NCBI GenBank assembly: GCA_965644315.1
Contig: CBFFRQ010000034.1
Span: 175,492 to 239,491, forward strand
Origin: Caecitellus pseudoparvulus
Taxonomy: Eukaryota; Protista; Bigyra: Bicosoecida
Reading direction: 5' to 3'
DNA length: 64,000 bases
Shown: one piece after another, positions 41,190 to 50,366 of the stretch
Layout: every line of letters begins with the position of its first letter
Numbering within the stretch: position 1 is the stretch's first letter
Position numbers and translations under genes: made by a program
Notes under the pieces: generated by a model
Seen by the model: the letters and a program-made list of their open reading frames with translations, nothing else
What the model was told of the DNA's origin: nothing
Databases searched by the model: none

Positions 41190-44100
41190 ATGGCCAGTCC
41201 TTTGCGCGAAGACGTTGCCTCTGATGATTCTTTTGGTGAGGTTGGCCCGGGGCAAGCTGATGGCAGATCCACCATGGACGTTGACCACGAGGCGGTTTGC
41301 TTCCAGCGTGGTTGCACGTGTTTCCGCGAGCACCAGGAACGCTGCCCGCCTGACTTCCATGGTTACTGCTTCAGGTTTGCGCGGGGGAAGTGTGAGCGTG
41401 GGGCTGCTTGCGAGTACGCACATTTTACGTGCCCGCGCACGGGCTGCCCCTGCTTGCGGCGCCACACGACGAGCGGCCAGCCATCTGCCTTCCCGCCTGC
41501 TCCTCCACGCGAAGCACGTTCGGCAGTGGAGCTGCCCACGCAGAAGGCAAACTACGAAGAGCTGCTGCGGGCCGTGACGGCCGAGAGGAACCGGAAGTTT
41601 GCAGATAAGCTCCCCCAGCGTGAGATGGCTGCCTTGCTGCGCGACTTGAAACAGGATCTTGGCACGCTTTCAGCGCTGGTGAGCGGAGCGGAGGCGCATG
41701 GAGTTCGGCTTAGCAGGAGGGATGCCACGTTGCTAAAGGCCTTCATGCGGTGCGCCAAGGACCGGTTCAGCCCTCGCCTGCCTGAGAGGTACGAGCTTTT
41801 GCCTGCTGTGCTACAAATCTTGGCGCGGCCTGTGAGCCTCGTCACGAGCGCGAACGGCAGTGAAGCTTCGTCGCAAATCCCACTGGCCTTGTTAAAAGCG
41901 CTGGGTGCCCCAGAGACTGAGGGGGATTCCACTGTAACCTTGCCTCCAGAGCGCGTGCGTCGCGGACTTGTGATTGTGTGCCAGCCGACCGAGCTTGCTG
42001 CGAAAATGTCACAGGAGCTCACGCTGGCTGAGTGGAAGCGCGGCAGTGATGCTGCGACTGAAACGGTGGACGAACATCCTTCCATTGTCTACATAGATTC
42101 CGGTTCCACTGTTCCGCCCCCTGGAGCTCGGGTCGTCTTCTGCTCCGCACGCACGCTGCTCTTGTGGGTTCTGCGTGTGAACCAGGCAGGGGTGGGCGGC
42201 TCTGGGACGTCCCGAATCCCACCAGAAGTCGGCGTGCTCATCATTGACAAAGTGCACGAGCGCACGGTCGAGATCGACTTGGTATTGGCAGTCGCTCGCC
42301 GGCATGTTGCTGGTGGAGGCACCAGCGGCTGCTCTCGGGTTGTGCTCATGAGCGCCACACTGGACGCTGATGAGCTCTCTGCCTACTTTCAGGAGGGCAT
42401 ACCAGGGCAAGCTGCTGTAAGTGCTGGCGACACGATGGAAGTGTCATTCATGGAAGTGATGCTGCGGCACCACCACATCCAGGACATGTATGTGGAAGAC
42501 AAACATGCCCCGACCACGCATGGCTTGGAGCCTCGCACAGTGCGGCGAGTGCAGGAGCTCCTGCAGAATGCCCAGCTTCACAGCTCACTCCGTTTCAAGA
42601 ACAAGCCAGGGGACGTCATAGTCTTCGTACCCAACGACGCCTACGTTGAGAGGGTGGGGGCTGCTCTCCGCCGGGCATCGCTTGATGCAGCCCAAGATCC
42701 CGGTGCGACGGGCACTGTACTCGTGGAAGTGCTGGAGCTCACGTCAGATGTTGCAGCTGGAACACGCGGGCACGTCCTGGACCAGCTGATGGGGCAGCGT
42801 GGAACTGAGCAGCACATCTGCCGCGTCATCGTCACGACCTCGGCTTTTGAGAAGTCCTTCACCTTCCCTCACGCCATGGCAGTCATCGACACGGGCCTGA
42901 CGGAAGCAGTCACCGTTGACCCGCTCTCCGGCCTGCACATACGACGCACGCAGCCGGTCAGTCAAGCTGCGGCGATCCAGCGAGCTGGTCGAGTGGGCCG
43001 CACGAACAAGGGCGTCGTGATGCGCATGTACTCCGAGGCTGCCTTCCATGCGTTGCCCCCCTACATTACTCCTGGTGTCCTGACGGCAAGTTTGGACAAG
43101 CTTGTGCTGAGTATGATCTCCCTCGGCATCCAAGAGGCAGAGCTGCCGTGTGCCCCGTCCGCCCTGGGACTGGACAAGGCACGTGAGACTCTGCTGAGGC
43201 TTGGGATGGTGGAGCACTACCGTGGCAACCTGGCGATTTCGACAGTGGGCTTCCAAGTGCTCAAGTGGGGCATATCGTCTCCCGCAGCCGCCATTGTGGT
43301 CAAGGCGCTGGGGGTCACCCCGGAGCAGCCTAGCCGCACGTCCATGCCACACTTCATCGCGCAAGCTGCCGTGGTGGCGGCGATCGTGGCAACTGGGGCA
43401 AAGCTCGTTGCAGACCCAGACAAGCTGCTGCAGCATGGCGGCTTCACGAGCGCGGCTGGGCCGAGTGTGCTGGACGGGGGCGACCTCCACTGGCAACGCG
43501 CAGCGTTCTTGTTCGCCTTGGCCCGACTTGGACGAGGGGAGGCAGAACTCCTGCATGCAATCGGAGTGCGTGAAGCCGTGCTGTACACTGTGTTGGCGAA
43601 GGTGCAGGCCATCGCTCGCGGGCTGCGTGAGTGGGGCTCCGAGCAGAGCATTGCAGCTGCGGGGATCTTGGAAGCCACGGCGGCAGCAGCGCCAGGCCCG
43701 CCAGGCGCGGCGACTGGAGGCTCGCTTTCCATCCGCTTGGGCGACCGTGAAGCCACTTGTTTGCAGCGGTGCATTGTTGGAGCGTTCGAGCAGAACATGG
43801 CGTTGGCCAGCAGCGTCCCACAAGCTGGGTACCACTGCTGCAGTCTGAACATGCGCCTGCTGCCTGCCGAGAGCGTGAGCACAGTGCACTTTGGTGCCGA
43901 GCCACGGCAGCATGTGGTCTACTCTCACATCGTCTCAGATGCTGCTGGGCGTGTGGCTCTGCGCGGTATCACCCCAGTGCCACGCAGCATGCAGCCTCGA
44001 GGGGCTCACCAAGCGGCGTGCATGGAGACCACCATCGACAGGGCAGTCCTCAACGCGCCACCCCACTTTCAGGATTGCCAAGTTCCACTGTCAGAGGCCC

Positions 44101-47100
44101 TGGTCGAGGCTGTCTCGCAGTCGCACGAGCTTCTTGCTCTGGAAGCCGTCACTGGTGCCGCAGTGATTCCCTCTCCACACCTCGTGCGTTGGGGTGACGC
44201 GACAGAAGCGGAGGCCCAAGTTTCGCGGCCCCTGACAGTGGTCAGTCGAGCAGAATGCCACGAGGACGTTGTGCAGCGCCTGAACACGCTGTTGTCGAAC
44301 AAGCTGCGTGACATGGCCCTAGCCTCTGCTCCTCTCCAAGTGCCCAAGCGCGGAATTGACCTGCAGCTGGGCCCCGGCATCACCCCCAGCTCTGTGCTGT
44401 GCCCAGGCGAGTTCGACTCCGTCATCGTGCACAACGTGCCCAGCGTGTTGCTCGCAGGTGGCGCAGATGCACCTGCAGCCGTGCTGCACTTCGACTGGTA
44501 CAATGCCGAGCACGTTTGCGGCCTACTGGACATTGCGGGGATCGCTGCGACGCCAGTCCTGCACGGCCCGAGTGAGCGCTCCGCCGATGGCATGCTGTGC
44601 AGCGGCTGGATCCGATTCGCATCGCCTGCCATTGCTCGGCAAGTGCGCCAGCACCTGCAAGGTTGCAGGCCAGACTTGGCCCGCCTTCGGGAAGCCATGG
44701 CCAGGTCTGCGGAAGCTGAACAGGTGTCCGAGGCGGAAGAAGCCATCTTGCGGACTCAGCAGGCCCTGCCTGGTGGCGCGGATGCAGTGGAGTTGCAAGT
44801 TGCTGCCTTCCCAGGGCTAGCTGCAGGTGCAAGTGGCCAAGGTCTCAATGCCATTGAGCCGCAGAAGAATGTCTTGCGGGTGCATTGGCTGCAGCGCAGC
44901 AAGGAAGGGTCTCGGCACGCAGCAATGGTTGTCATGTTCGACGAAGCCGCCGCAGCATCGCTGAAAGCATTCATTGACAGGAAGCCAGCTGATGGTCCGT
45001 TCGCGGGAGTAACAGCGGAGGTTGACGTCGAGAAGAACAACACATTGAATCTGAGGGGGCTTCAAGACACTTGGGAAGCAAGCATCCTGACTCAACGCAT
45101 GCAAGAAACCATCATTGAACACTTCCGGGATGCGGAAGCAGGCGGAGACATCCCTCTCATCAAGTATGTAGTCGTCCACCAGAATCGTAGGCGCCTGCTC
45201 CTGGAGCCCAACCTGCTGGACTGCTACCAGCAGGCTGGTCAGGAGTTGGCCGACTTGCTGAGCGAGCAGCTGTACGGAGAGCCACACCGCGTGCAGGTGC
45301 ACGCAGAAGCCGTGTCTGGGCACAAGCAGAAGGCCATTACAACAGAGCTTCTTTTGCCAAGCGTGCACACCGATCAGGACCCCCACGAAGCGCTGCAGGC
45401 GCTGTTGGACGGTCTTGGTGGCGCCGCTGCCTGTCCTGCAAACCTGGCAACGTTCCATGGAACTCGCAAGCCCTTCCTGCAACCACATGACCCACACCTT
45501 CTGCAGCTGCCCATGGCGGCATGGCACGCCTTGAGATATAGTGCGTGGCCGATTGTGGGCAGAGTCCTCCAGGCGGAAGCTAGGGCCGGGCACGCCGCCA
45601 GCATCTCCATCGGGCCTGCGCTGCACGCTGCAACCGCCGCCGCGGCGACTCAGAGCACCATCACCATCACCATCCAGCACCCAGATGTACACGAGCAAGA
45701 CGTGATTGCCAAGAATCTAGCCGCCAGCTTCGAGCCTGTGCAAGTGCGCCCCAAGCACCGCACTCACGCAGCAGGTGGGGAAGCCGTCGCTGCTGCGGGT
45801 GCGGGCGACGCAGCAGACGCAAGGGACGCAGCAAGCACAGTGTGGCAGCCGGAGTGGCAGCATGGCCCGGCTCTCTTCCGGGCAGTGCTGGAGCACAGTT
45901 CGACGCTTCGCGTGCTTGGCAGAAACCAAGCAGCCCTGCTCCCTGTGGATGGCGGGCGAAGCCACCTGCTGTACGTCATGAGGCCACAACGCCAGCGCTG
46001 CTTGGCAAGCCTGGACGCTCACCTCCGGACCTTCCACGACGAAGCAAACGCCGGCAGAAAACTGGTCGCGTTCCTGCCTGGGATCTCTGCGAGTGGGCAG
46101 GAAGTGAGAACAGCATTGGCTGCCTTGCCTGGCGTGATTTACCGAGCTGTCGGTCGTGGCATCAAGCTACGAGGCCCTCTTGGCAGCCTGGCAGCTGCCA
46201 TTAAAGTGCTGGCGAAAGCGACGTGCGCTGATGATGATGACGATTGGGAGTGCCCTGCATGCATGGAGGAGAAGGCTAAACTTGTGGCCCAAGGAGTGGA
46301 CATCGTGCAGATGACTGGCTGCGGGCACCGCATGTGCGCCCTTTGCCTGGCTGAGCAACTTCTGCATGGATGTGAGAAGCATTCTAGGCAGCCCTTGCAA
46401 TGCTGCGTGTGGGGCTGCAGCTCGGCCGTGTGCGCCGTCGACCTCGTCGCGGCTGGGGCGGCTCTGGACTCCACAGAACTGCAGAAGCGCGCCGAAGTAC
46501 AAGCGGGCATGCATGTGGCGATGCATGTCGTTCCGCCCGACTTCAAAGGCTGGGACGATGTCGATGCAGCTGTCGCTGCCGACGTGCCAGCCGATCACGG
46601 CGGCCAGTCGTGGATGGAGCGGCACTGGACCACGTGTCCGCACTGCTCCCACAGCATTCGCATGGAGAGCGTGCCACGGTCCTGCCAGGTGCCGTGCCCG
46701 AATTGCACGAAGTGCTTCTGCCCCATCTGCGTCGACCCGCAAGTCGAGGGCCACGAGGTCTTGACCTGCCCTGCGAGGGCAAAGCTGTCCCTTGCTGAGC
46801 TGGAGGAAATCGCAGCTAGAGACGGATCCGGAGAAACGGGCACGACGACCTGCCCAAGCTGTGGGCAGCATGCTCTGTGCCACTCTCGTCAAAGTGCCAA
46901 AATCATATGCAGTTGCGGGGTCAAGTACTGCAATCGCTGCAGAGCGTACTGGCACACGCGTTCACTTCCTGTCTACAACCACCTAGCTCGCAACTGTGGA
47001 CCAGACGGTGACTGGTGGCGCCATACCAACCCTGAGGGCTGGGTGCAACCAGACCCTGATGTGCCCATGGAGCTCCCCAAGAACATTCCGCCTGAATGGG

Positions 47101-47108
47101 ACCAGTAG
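41190..47108 (+). CDS. CCCH zinc finger + DEAH/RHA-helicase-like + RBR (RING1-IBR-RING2) fusion protein, ~1,970 aa, with degenerate catalytic motifs
   Basis: CFRFARGKCERGAACEYAH (CCCH). Helicase motifs VIVCQP (Ia), LIIDKVHERT (II, E->K), VVLMSATL (III), DVIVFVP (IV), VIDTG, QRAGRVGRT (VI). C-terminal CPACM..GCGHRMCALC..C..WGC, CPHC..CPNCTKCFCPIC..HEVLTC, CPSC..CSCGVKYCNRC..VYNHL. The architecture resembles plant DEAH11/DEAH12. Confidence 0.85.
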   Translation: MASPLREDVASDDSFGEVGPGQADGRSTMDVDHEAVCFQRGCTCFREHQERCPPDFHGYCFRFARGKCERGAACEYAHFTCPRTGCPCLRRHTTSGQPSAFPPAPPREARSAVELPTQKANYEELLRAVTAERNRKFADKLPQREMAALLRDLKQDLGTLSALVSGAEAHGVRLSRRDATLLKAFMRCAKDRFSPRLPERYELLPAVLQILARPVSLVTSANGSEASSQIPLALLKALGAPETEGDSTVTLPPERVRRGLVIVCQPTELAAKMSQELTLAEWKRGSDAATETVDEHPSIVYIDSGSTVPPPGARVVFCSARTLLLWVLRVNQAGVGGSGTSRIPPEVGVLIIDKVHERTVEIDLVLAVARRHVAGGGTSGCSRVVLMSATLDADELSAYFQEGIPGQAAVSAGDTMEVSFMEVMLRHHHIQDMYVEDKHAPTTHGLEPRTVRRVQELLQNAQLHSSLRFKNKPGDVIVFVPNDAYVERVGAALRRASLDAAQDPGATGTVLVEVLELTSDVAAGTRGHVLDQLMGQRGTEQHICRVIVTTSAFEKSFTFPHAMAVIDTGLTEAVTVDPLSGLHIRRTQPVSQAAAIQRAGRVGRTNKGVVMRMYSEAAFHALPPYITPGVLTASLDKLVLSMISLGIQEAELPCAPSALGLDKARETLLRLGMVEHYRGNLAISTVGFQVLKWGISSPAAAIVVKALGVTPEQPSRTSMPHFIAQAAVVAAIVATGAKLVADPDKLLQHGGFTSAAGPSVLDGGDLHWQRAAFLFALARLGRGEAELLHAIGVREAVLYTVLAKVQAIARGLREWGSEQSIAAAGILEATAAAAPGPPGAATGGSLSIRLGDREATCLQRCIVGAFEQNMALASSVPQAGYHCCSLNMRLLPAESVSTVHFGAEPRQHVVYSHIVSDAAGRVALRGITPVPRSMQPRGAHQAACMETTIDRAVLNAPPHFQDCQVPLSEALVEAVSQSHELLALEAVTGAAVIPSPHLVRWGDATEAEAQVSRPLTVVSRAECHEDVVQRLNTLLSNKLRDMALASAPLQVPKRGIDLQLGPGITPSSVLCPGEFDSVIVHNVPSVLLAGGADAPAAVLHFDWYNAEHVCGLLDIAGIAATPVLHGPSERSADGMLCSGWIRFASPAIARQVRQHLQGCRPDLARLREAMARSAEAEQVSEAEEAILRTQQALPGGADAVELQVAAFPGLAAGASGQGLNAIEPQKNVLRVHWLQRSKEGSRHAAMVVMFDEAAAASLKAFIDRKPADGPFAGVTAEVDVEKNNTLNLRGLQDTWEASILTQRMQETIIEHFRDAEAGGDIPLIKYVVVHQNRRRLLLEPNLLDCYQQAGQELADLLSEQLYGEPHRVQVHAEAVSGHKQKAITTELLLPSVHTDQDPHEALQALLDGLGGAAACPANLATFHGTRKPFLQPHDPHLLQLPMAAWHALRYSAWPIVGRVLQAEARAGHAASISIGPALHAATAAAATQSTITITIQHPDVHEQDVIAKNLAASFEPVQVRPKHRTHAAGGEAVAAAGAGDAADARDAASTVWQPEWQHGPALFRAVLEHSSTLRVLGRNQAALLPVDGGRSHLLYVMRPQRQRCLASLDAHLRTFHDEANAGRKLVAFLPGISASGQEVRTALAALPGVIYRAVGRGIKLRGPLGSLAAAIKVLAKATCADDDDDWECPACMEEKAKLVAQGVDIVQMTGCGHRMCALCLAEQLLHGCEKHSRQPLQCCVWGCSSAVCAVDLVAAGAALDSTELQKRAEVQAGMHVAMHVVPPDFKGWDDVDAAVAADVPADHGGQSWMERHWTTCPHCSHSIRMESVPRSCQVPCPNCTKCFCPICVDPQVEGHEVLTCPARAKLSLAELEEIAARDGSGETGTTTCPSCGQHALCHSRQSAKIICSCGVKYCNRCRAYWHTRSLPVYNHLARNCGPDGDWWRHTNPEGWVQPDPDVPMELPKNIPPEWDQ

Positions 47109-47505
47109 ATTAGCCGGTGGTGCGGCATGGATGCCAATCAGCTGCTGCTGCGACTCAATTGACTGGCGTGGCAATGCAGGGGGTTTCACATTGCCCGCCC
47201 CATGGAGCGCTCCTTGCTGCATGTTGGTTTACTCGTCAAGGTCCAGGCTTTTGGGCTGCCGCAGGGTCAGTTGTAGTGGAAAGTCGGCAGCCTTTTGCGT
47301 GCGATTCTTCGTCCGGCAGAGCCAAGCAACCCCCAAAACGTCCACGAGCGGCAGCAACTTCGGATCCGAACGCTGCACAGAAAACCAAACCCCGGTATAT
47401 GAAAAACGTGACACAACACGTTCAAGTCTTTGCAGCTCGGCGGCACAGGCCTGCTTTTTGCACAGGCGTGGCGGTTGGAGCTGCGGAAATCGGTTCCCAC
47501 CTACA

Positions 47506-48549
47506 ATGGCCGACGGCGCGGGGAGCATGCAGCAGGCGGCAAGGTGGAGGGCCGCGTGCAAGTCAAGGGATACAGGGACACTGCTTGAATTGGTGGATGC
47601 TCAGGAAACACACAGACCTTCCGTCGCTGCGGCACTCACGCAGAATGACGTGCAGCGTGCGTTTGTGACGGCTTGCAGCGTTGGGCATGAGGGGCTGTTT
47701 CGGAAGCTCTTGGCGTTTGGCGGCAGTCTGGCAGTGGATGTGAACGGCTGGGCTGACGCGGGGGGGGATTTCCCCCTCTTGGCTGCCTGTGACATGGGTC
47801 ATAGCGGCATAGTGCGAGAATTGCTCGCGCTGAGCGGGGACAGGGAGGTGAATGTGCACGCCAGTAACCTGAGCGGGCCAGAAGCCGCGTTTCGTCGCGC
47901 CTGCGCGAGAGGACATGATGACGTTGTGCGACTCCTCCTCGCGTTGGAGGGTCCCCGGGCTGTGAATGTGCATGCCCGCGACGTGGACGGGCCCAGTGCG
48001 GCGTTTCGCGCTGCGTGTCGGTTTGGGCATGTTGGTGTCGTGCACACTCTGCTGGCGCTGAGCGGAGATCGAGCGGTGGATGTGCATGCTAGTGACAGGC
48101 TGGGTCCTGAGGCTGGGTTCCGTTGGGCGGCCAGGGGGGGCCACGTGGATGTGCTGCGGCTGCTGCTTGGCCTGACTGGCGAGCGAGCCGTGGATGTGCA
48201 CGTGAAGGAAGGGCGGTGCAGCGAGGCGAGCTTTGTGTTTGCCTGCTTGTTTGGGCAGGTGGGTGTGGTGCAGCTGCTGCTCAGTCTCACGGGTGCCCGG
48301 GCGGTGGATGTGCACGCGGGTGACGGGACCGGCCCCGACTTGGCCTTCCGCGAGGCCTGCCGCCTACAGCAATTGGGCGTGCTGCGTGAGCTGCTGGGTC
48401 TGACTGGCCATCGTGCCATTCCCCTCGAGCAACGGCTGGCAGCGGCAGACATCGCGATCCAGCCAGCGAAGGATGCCATGTGGGGCGGCACCAGTACCCG
48501 GCAGGCGAGGGGTGCCATGGTGCTGCTGCGGGCACAGATGTCTGCCTGA
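47506..48549 (+). CDS. Variant ankyrin-repeat protein 1 (~7 repeats)
   Basis: ~38-aa repeats GPEAAFRxACxxGHxxVVRxLLALxGxRAVDVHA. ATG 47506 chosen by analogy with the paralogues. C-terminus AKDAMWGGTSTRQARGAMVLLRA. Confidence 0.85.
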   Translation: MADGAGSMQQAARWRAACKSRDTGTLLELVDAQETHRPSVAAALTQNDVQRAFVTACSVGHEGLFRKLLAFGGSLAVDVNGWADAGGDFPLLAACDMGHSGIVRELLALSGDREVNVHASNLSGPEAAFRRACARGHDDVVRLLLALEGPRAVNVHARDVDGPSAAFRAACRFGHVGVVHTLLALSGDRAVDVHASDRLGPEAGFRWAARGGHVDVLRLLLGLTGERAVDVHVKEGRCSEASFVFACLFGQVGVVQLLLSLTGARAVDVHAGDGTGPDLAFREACRLQQLGVLRELLGLTGHRAIPLEQRLAAADIAIQPAKDAMWGGTSTRQARGAMVLLRAQMSA

Positions 48550-48845
48550 AGGTTTTCTGCGTGCATTGAGGGAGCAGGGTACAGTCGTGGGCCTCTGGAT
48601 CCGCTCGTGTGCGGGGTTGTAGGCGTGGTGGGTGCGGCTCACGAGGTCCAAAGTGTCAAACAGCGGCTGTGCGGCACCTGGCCGTGGGGCCCCTTATCGC
48701 AAATTGCACCGTTCGAAAACCCCCACACAAGTACCTAGTACTGAAAATTCAAATCCTGTCTCGGTGCCCTGTGGCGGTGAGGTTGCAGCTGCTGCATGCG
48801 TTGTGTGTGTCCACGTTTGTGCGCGGAAATTGGAGGCAACACGCC

Positions 48846-50189
48846 ATGGCTGCACCTTCCACGAAGCTGGGCGCAGTTGAGCAGTGGGCCCGGGCTTGCG
48901 AAGCACATGATGTAGAACAGCTACTGGCTATGCTTCAGAGTGGTTTCCCTGACACCGAGGGGGATTTGGAGTCCCTTGGGTGTAGTGACACCACGGCCGC
49001 CTTCCTCGTCGCATGTCGGGCAGGCCATGTCGAACTGCTACGTGAGCTGTTGAGTCTGGCGGGCGACCAGGCAGTGGACGTGCACCAAAGTGAATGCGAA
49101 GAGTTGGAGGGTGACTTTGTCGGCTTCGACGCAGGTTGGCTGGGCGCCTTCGGGGGCGGCGAGGATCCGGTGACGAGCAGGGTGACGAGGGTGGACTCTG
49201 CAGAGGCTGGCTTCCGAAGCGCCTGCAACCTGGGCCACATTGGCGTCGTGCGTGAGCTGCTGGGCCTGTCTGGAGAGAGGGCAGTGGACGTGCATGCGGC
49301 GGACAAGGTGGGGCCTGAGGCCGCTTTCCGTGTAGCCTGTGCGAATGGGCACCTGGGCGTTGTGCGCGAGTTGCTTGCGTTGGAGGGCGCGCGAGCGGTG
49401 GATGTGCACGCGGCGGATGGGGATGGGCAGGAAGCTGCCTTCCGACTGGCCTGTGGGCATGGGCATGTCTCCGTCGTCCGTGAGCTGCTTCGTCTGGGTG
49501 GAGACCGCGCAGTGGATGTGCATGTCGGTACGGAGGATGGTTTCCAAGCTGCCGCCCGCGGTGGGCATGTGGGTGTGGTGCGGGAGCTCCTGGCGCTGAC
49601 GGGTGCGCGGGAAGTGGATGTGCACGCGCACTGGGCAGGGTCGCCAGAGGGCGCTTTCCGGCGTGCCTGTGCCAATGGACACGTTGACGTGGTGCGCACT
49701 CTGCTGGCGCTGAGCGGTGAGCGGGCTGTGGATGTGCACGCTGGTGGCGCGGCAGGGCCCGAGGCTGGTTTCAGGGCTGCATGCTCGCATGGGCATGTGG
49801 ACGTCGTTCGCATGCTGTTGGGTCTCACAGGCTCCCGCACCGTGGACGTACACGCCGAGCAGGAGTCAGCGTTTCGCACAGCGTGCCGGAATGGCCACCT
49901 GGCGGTGGTGCAGGTACTGCTAGGGCTACCTGGCCACCGCGCCGTTGATGTGCATGTGGGAGATGGCAGCAAGCCTGATTCCTGCTTTGCGTGGGCTGTG
50001 CGGAAAGGCGACACGCTCGTCATGCGCGAGCTGCTGGCACTCACGGGCGAGCGAGCCGTCACCTTGGCAGCCCGACGCGAAGCAGGGGGAGCCGTAGGCC
50101 AGGTGGCGCGGGATGCTGTGTGGTGTGGGACCAGCACCCGGCCTGCCAGGGGCATGCCAGCCCTGCTGCGAGCGGCGCTCCATCAGTGA
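48846..50189 (+). CDS. Variant ankyrin-repeat protein 2 (~9 repeats)
   Basis: Same repeat consensus as gene 1. C-terminus ARDAVWCGTSTRPARGMPALLRA is paralogous to that of gene 1. Confidence 0.85.
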   Translation: MAAPSTKLGAVEQWARACEAHDVEQLLAMLQSGFPDTEGDLESLGCSDTTAAFLVACRAGHVELLRELLSLAGDQAVDVHQSECEELEGDFVGFDAGWLGAFGGGEDPVTSRVTRVDSAEAGFRSACNLGHIGVVRELLGLSGERAVDVHAADKVGPEAAFRVACANGHLGVVRELLALEGARAVDVHAADGDGQEAAFRLACGHGHVSVVRELLRLGGDRAVDVHVGTEDGFQAAARGGHVGVVRELLALTGAREVDVHAHWAGSPEGAFRRACANGHVDVVRTLLALSGERAVDVHAGGAAGPEAGFRAACSHGHVDVVRMLLGLTGSRTVDVHAEQESAFRTACRNGHLAVVQVLLGLPGHRAVDVHVGDGSKPDSCFAWAVRKGDTLVMRELLALTGERAVTLAARREAGGAVGQVARDAVWCGTSTRPARGMPALLRAALHQ

Positions 50190-50366
50190 ACTTTGAGGGG
50201 GGCAAGGGGAATGCAGAGCGACGTGGAGTTTTACATTTCATACACGCCGCAGTTGAGTGCTCTTTTGTTGAACTTTGTCGCAGAACTAAGCGGCCTCGTA
50301 TGACCTTTGAGGGGGAAGGTTTCGTGGAGCAGCTGCACGCATTTGCGGAATTTGACCCTGCGCTCC

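Noticed and set aside
46996-47505. Long N-terminal extensions of the ankyrin ORFs in the ORF track (also 48609-48845 and 50307-50366)
   Set aside because: They start at non-ATG codons, overlap or abut neighbouring genes, and are not conserved between paralogues.
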